This document shows, one piece after another, positions 27,232 to 27,261 of a DNA stretch of 27,261 nt. The translations under genes and the position numbers were made by a program. The stretch lies in assembly GCA_037128175.1 (NCBI GenBank), contig JBAXWY010000037.1, positions 1-27,261 on the forward strand, written 5' to 3'. The notes below the pieces were generated by a model that was not told where the DNA came from, searched no databases, and worked only from the letters and a program-made list of their open reading frames with translations. Positions within the stretch are counted from its first letter, which is position 1. Every line of letters starts with the position of its first letter. The DNA comes from Methanothrix sp. (GTDB lineage Archaea > Halobacteriota > Methanosarcinia > Methanotrichales > Methanotrichaceae).

Positions 27232-27261
27232 ATTTACCTCTGGACCATGAAATCTCTTTAA

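Overview
Archaeal chromosomal window, most consistent with a methanogen of the Methanothrix/Methanosarcinales type. This is inferred from SepCysS, archaeal LonB, Cdc48, Alba, aeNAC, a type A archaeal RNase P RNA, GGTGA/GGAGG ribosome-binding sites and BRE-TATA promoters. From left to right: an AT-rich RelE-type toxin-antitoxin pair; a minus-strand proteostasis operon (Phr/HSR1-like ArsR regulator, cdc48, lonB, tldD) with tandem TAAC-N5-GTTA operator-like sites at its promoter; a small His-containing membrane protein and a CDF transporter; a secreted protein with a 5'-truncated tandem paralog; a secreted TPR protein; pscS; a GDPD fused to a Cys-rich domain; a secreted repeat protein; nac plus an HD dNTPase-like protein with a C-terminal YwgA-like winged-helix domain; rlmE-alba; rnpB; a cytoplasmic three-gene two-component cassette; divergent uvrB and ogg; and a coupled CheY-like / PAS kinase / Cys-rich DUF835 / PadR / KaiC-like operon that may continue past the window end. 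No CRISPR array, transposase, tRNA or rRNA was seen. All family calls come from motif recognition by eye, not from database searches.
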